Position numbers and translations under genes: made by a program
DNA from: Mycobacterium sp.
Lineage (GTDB): Bacteria; Actinomycetota; Actinomycetes; Mycobacteriales; Mycobacteriaceae
Assembly (NCBI GenBank): GCA_044223235.1
Contig: JBGAME010000003.1
Strand: one strand, 5' to 3'
Length of the DNA stretch: 64,000 nt
Shown: one piece after another, positions 61,802 to 64,000 of the stretch
Numbering within the stretch: the first letter of the stretch is position 1
How the letters are laid out: the number at the start of each line of letters is the position of its first letter
The notes under the pieces: generated by a model
What the model saw: the letters and a program-made list of their open reading frames with translations, nothing else
Database searches by the model: none
What the model was told of the DNA's origin: nothing

Positions 61802-61828
61802 CTGTTCGACCCCGTGCTGTTCGACCCC
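61802..61828. repeat. Direct repeat CTGTTCGACCCC x2 with 15-bp phasing, upstream of the long operon
   Basis: tCTGTTCGACCCCgtgCTGTTCGACCCCttg, read directly. It lies in the 470-bp region between the glnX-like start and the divergent ATPase-regulator gene. Confidence 0.5.
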
Positions 61829-62031
61829 TTGCGGGCGACACCGCGATCATCGCGCCCCGCCACGCCCGCCGGGCAGGTAGTGGATTACTGGATTTCTGCG
61901 CCAAGGTCCTCGGCGACTACCTCCATCGATCGGACGGCTCATCGATTCCCTGCCCGCCCCGCCGCCCGCCGTCGCGGGCGTTGGCGGTGTTGGGCTGCGG
62001 CGCCGGTACCTGCGCTCCTACGCTTGTGGAT

Positions 62032-64000
62032 ATGCGCTTGACGTGGCCGTTGACCGGGCGCTCGAACGAGATGCGCCTCGTAGAGGCAGCGCTGTCCGAC
62101 CCCGACGCGTCCGGGATCGTCATCTGTGGTGCGCCGGGGGTGGGCAAAAGCCGAATCGCGCGCGAGGCGCTCGCCTCCGCGGCGTCGAAGGGACATGAGG
62201 TGCGCTGGGTCGTCGGCACCTCGTCAGCGCGGGCGCTTCCGCTCGGGGCCCTGGCGTCGTGGGCGGGGTTGGCCGGAAGTGACAGTCTCCAGTTGGTCCG
62301 CGGTGTCATCGACTCGCTGACTGCCGCGTCGGCCCCGGGCACGGTGGTGGTCGGCGTCGACGACGTCCACCTGCTGGATGACCTGTCGACGTTCGTGGTG
62401 CACCAGATCGTGCAACGGCACGCCGCCAAGGTCGTCCTCACCATGCGGGACGGCGACCCGATTTCCGACGGGGTGCAGGAACTTTGGAAGGACGGAGGGT
62501 TCGACCGGATCGATCTGCCGCCGCTGTCGACCGATGAGAGCGCCGCGCTGCTGTCGGCGACCCTTGCCGGACCGGTCGATCCGCATGCCGCCGACCGGCT
62601 GTGGGAGCTCACCCGGGGCAACGTTCTCTATCTGCGCCACATCGTCGAGCAGGAGGTGGCCGCAGGCCGGCTCGAACGGGGGTTCGGCAGCTGGCGGTGG
62701 ATCGGCGACTCCGTCGTCCCGCGCGGCCTCGTCGAGTTGATCGAGTCCCGGATCGGTGCGCTGCCCGACGGAGTCGGGACGGTGCTGGATGCGCTCGCCG
62801 TCGGTGAGCCCGTCGAACTGGCCGCGCTGAGCCGGATCGTCGATTCCCGATCGGTCGAGGAAGCCGACGCGCGTGGCCTAATCAGGCTCGAACACCTCGA
62901 CACCGGTGTGGTGGTGCGGGTCGCGCACCCGCTCTACAGCGAGGTTCGCAAGAAGTGCGCCGCGCCCACCCGGCTGCGGCGGCTGCGCGGACGGGTTGCC
63001 GTCGAGCTGGGTAACGCGCCCGACCGCGACGATGTGCGAATCATGGTTCGGCGCGCCGCATTGAGCCTCGATTCCGATCTCGCCCCGGACGCCGGTCTAC
63101 TCGTCAGGGCGGCACGTGGCGCCATCTGGCTGGCCGATCTGCCGCTGGCCGATCGGCTGGCCCACACCGCGATCCGCGCGTCCGCCGGACCGGAAGCGAG
63201 GTTCGTCCGGGCGCATGCGCTGTCGTGGCTCAGCCGGGGGCAGGAGGCCGAGGATGTGCTCGCGGGCATCCCGGTCGCCGACCTGACCGAAGAGGACGAA
63301 GCCCGGTTCACCTATCTGCGGGCCAGCAACATGCTGTGGGCGCTGGCGGAGCCAGATCGGGCCAAGGAGATCATCGACGCGGCGGAGCATGTGACGGCCG
63401 GGCAGGCGCGCAGCTGCATCGACGCGGTCCGCACGGTGTACCTGTTTGCGATCGACCGGCCGGAAGCCGCGACCGCGTCATCGAAGGGTCTGGTGCTGGA
63501 GGAGCTGCCTCCCATCGTGGGGACCGAGACGGCTTGGGCGCTCGCGGCCATTCGCGCGGACGCCGGGCGCGCGGCCGACGCCGAGGCCGTGGCCGAGGCG
63601 GGATACGACATCGCGACCCGCTGTCTGGACGCGCCGCACATGCGCTTCAACATCGCCGACGCGCATGTCAGCGCGCTGGTGCTGGCCGGCCGCATCTCGG
63701 ATGCGCTGGAGGTGGCCGAGCGGGTCCGCGACCAGGCCGCCGACCTGCCGGGCGCGGCGCAGCTTCTCGGAGCGGCCATCGCGGGCAGGGCCGCACTCGG
63801 TGCCGGGCGTCTCGACACGGCATGCAGGTCACTGGATCAGGCGGCGGGAGCGTTGTCGGCGTCCGGGCACGCCATCGGCTGGGGGTATCGCTACAGCCTG
63901 CCGCGTGTGACCGCGCTGGCGATGCGCGGTGTGACCGCCGAGGCGGCGGCCGCGCTCACCGCGCTGGACGACCTGCGACGGCCATTTCGGTTGCTCGACT
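62032..64000 (+). CDS. Large AAA/STAND-type ATPase, probably the N-terminal part of a LuxR-family (LAL-type) regulator; 3' end lies outside the window
   Basis: The frame is open from the ATG at 62032 to the window end, which is why the ORF track omits it. It has Walker A GAPGVGKSRIA and Walker B VVVGVDDVHLLD, followed by a long Ala/Leu-rich TPR-like region. No HTH lies within the window, so the LuxR call is an inference. Confidence 0.7.
   Translation, partial: MRLTWPLTGRSNEMRLVEAALSDPDASGIVICGAPGVGKSRIAREALASAASKGHEVRWVVGTSSARALPLGALASWAGLAGSDSLQLVRGVIDSLTAASAPGTVVVGVDDVHLLDDLSTFVVHQIVQRHAAKVVLTMRDGDPISDGVQELWKDGGFDRIDLPPLSTDESAALLSATLAGPVDPHAADRLWELTRGNVLYLRHIVEQEVAAGRLERGFGSWRWIGDSVVPRGLVELIESRIGALPDGVGTVLDALAVGEPVELAALSRIVDSRSVEEADARGLIRLEHLDTGVVVRVAHPLYSEVRKKCAAPTRLRRLRGRVAVELGNAPDRDDVRIMVRRAALSLDSDLAPDAGLLVRAARGAIWLADLPLADRLAHTAIRASAGPEARFVRAHALSWLSRGQEAEDVLAGIPVADLTEEDEARFTYLRASNMLWALAEPDRAKEIIDAAEHVTAGQARSCIDAVRTVYLFAIDRPEAATASSKGLVLEELPPIVGTETAWALAAIRADAGRAADAEAVAEAGYDIATRCLDAPHMRFNIADAHVSALVLAGRISDALEVAERVRDQAADLPGAAQLLGAAIAGRAALGAGRLDTACRSLDQAAGALSASGHAIGWGYRYSLPRVTALAMRGVTAEAAAALTALDDLRRPFRLLD

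Noticed and set aside
61563-61904. Upstream extension of the GlnX-like ORF (track start 61904)
   Set aside because: The 114 added residues are Arg/Gly-rich and include the translated direct repeat (ARGRTARGRT). The membrane protein pattern begins at MFDTRAS. Only proteomics could settle this.
61917-62621. 234-aa minus-strand ORF
   Set aside because: It is antisense to the unlisted plus-strand ATPase ORF, which has Walker A/B motifs and stays open to the window end.

Overview
High-GC (about 65-68%) actinobacterial chromosome, almost certainly Mycobacterium or Mycolicibacterium. The left 28 kb follows the M. tuberculosis Rv0243-Rv0265c gene order as I recall it: fadA2, fadE5, flavin reductase, Sdh1-type succinate dehydrogenase, hsp/acr2, nirBD, sirohydrochlorin chelatase, hemD-wHTH, aac(2'), pxpCB, fecB-like. 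The middle (29-47 kb) is a patchwork of LysR/TetR-controlled small-molecule enzymes: SDRs, VOC proteins, hydrolases, formamidase, a P450 and an Rv1355c/MoeY-like E1-nitroreductase. I found no rRNA, tRNA, CRISPR array, transposase or integrase. Three things stand out. (1) A 1,399-aa TIR-STAND NTPase-TM-14xWD40 gene lies between fadA and fadE5, with an AT-richer 5' end. I read it as an NLR/Avs-like immune or cell-death sensor candidate. (2) A cytoplasmic S8 subtilase plus a DUF900-like alpha/beta-hydrolase, together with a PEP-mutase-family gene, sit between the Rv0250c homologue and hsp. (3) An ~14-kb, 11-gene minus-strand array has overlapping start and stop codons at every junction. It runs GlnX-like, GlnH-like, coiled-coil unknown, PknG-like kinase, PP2C, vWA, FHA, GAF-GAF hybrid histidine kinase, REC, REC-adenylate cyclase and PGM1-like ATP-grasp ligase. 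The kinase, phosphatase and FHA proteins all carry the same N-terminal zinc-ribbon motif. All family calls come from reading motifs in the translations, with no database search, and coordinates of small motifs may be off by 1 nt.
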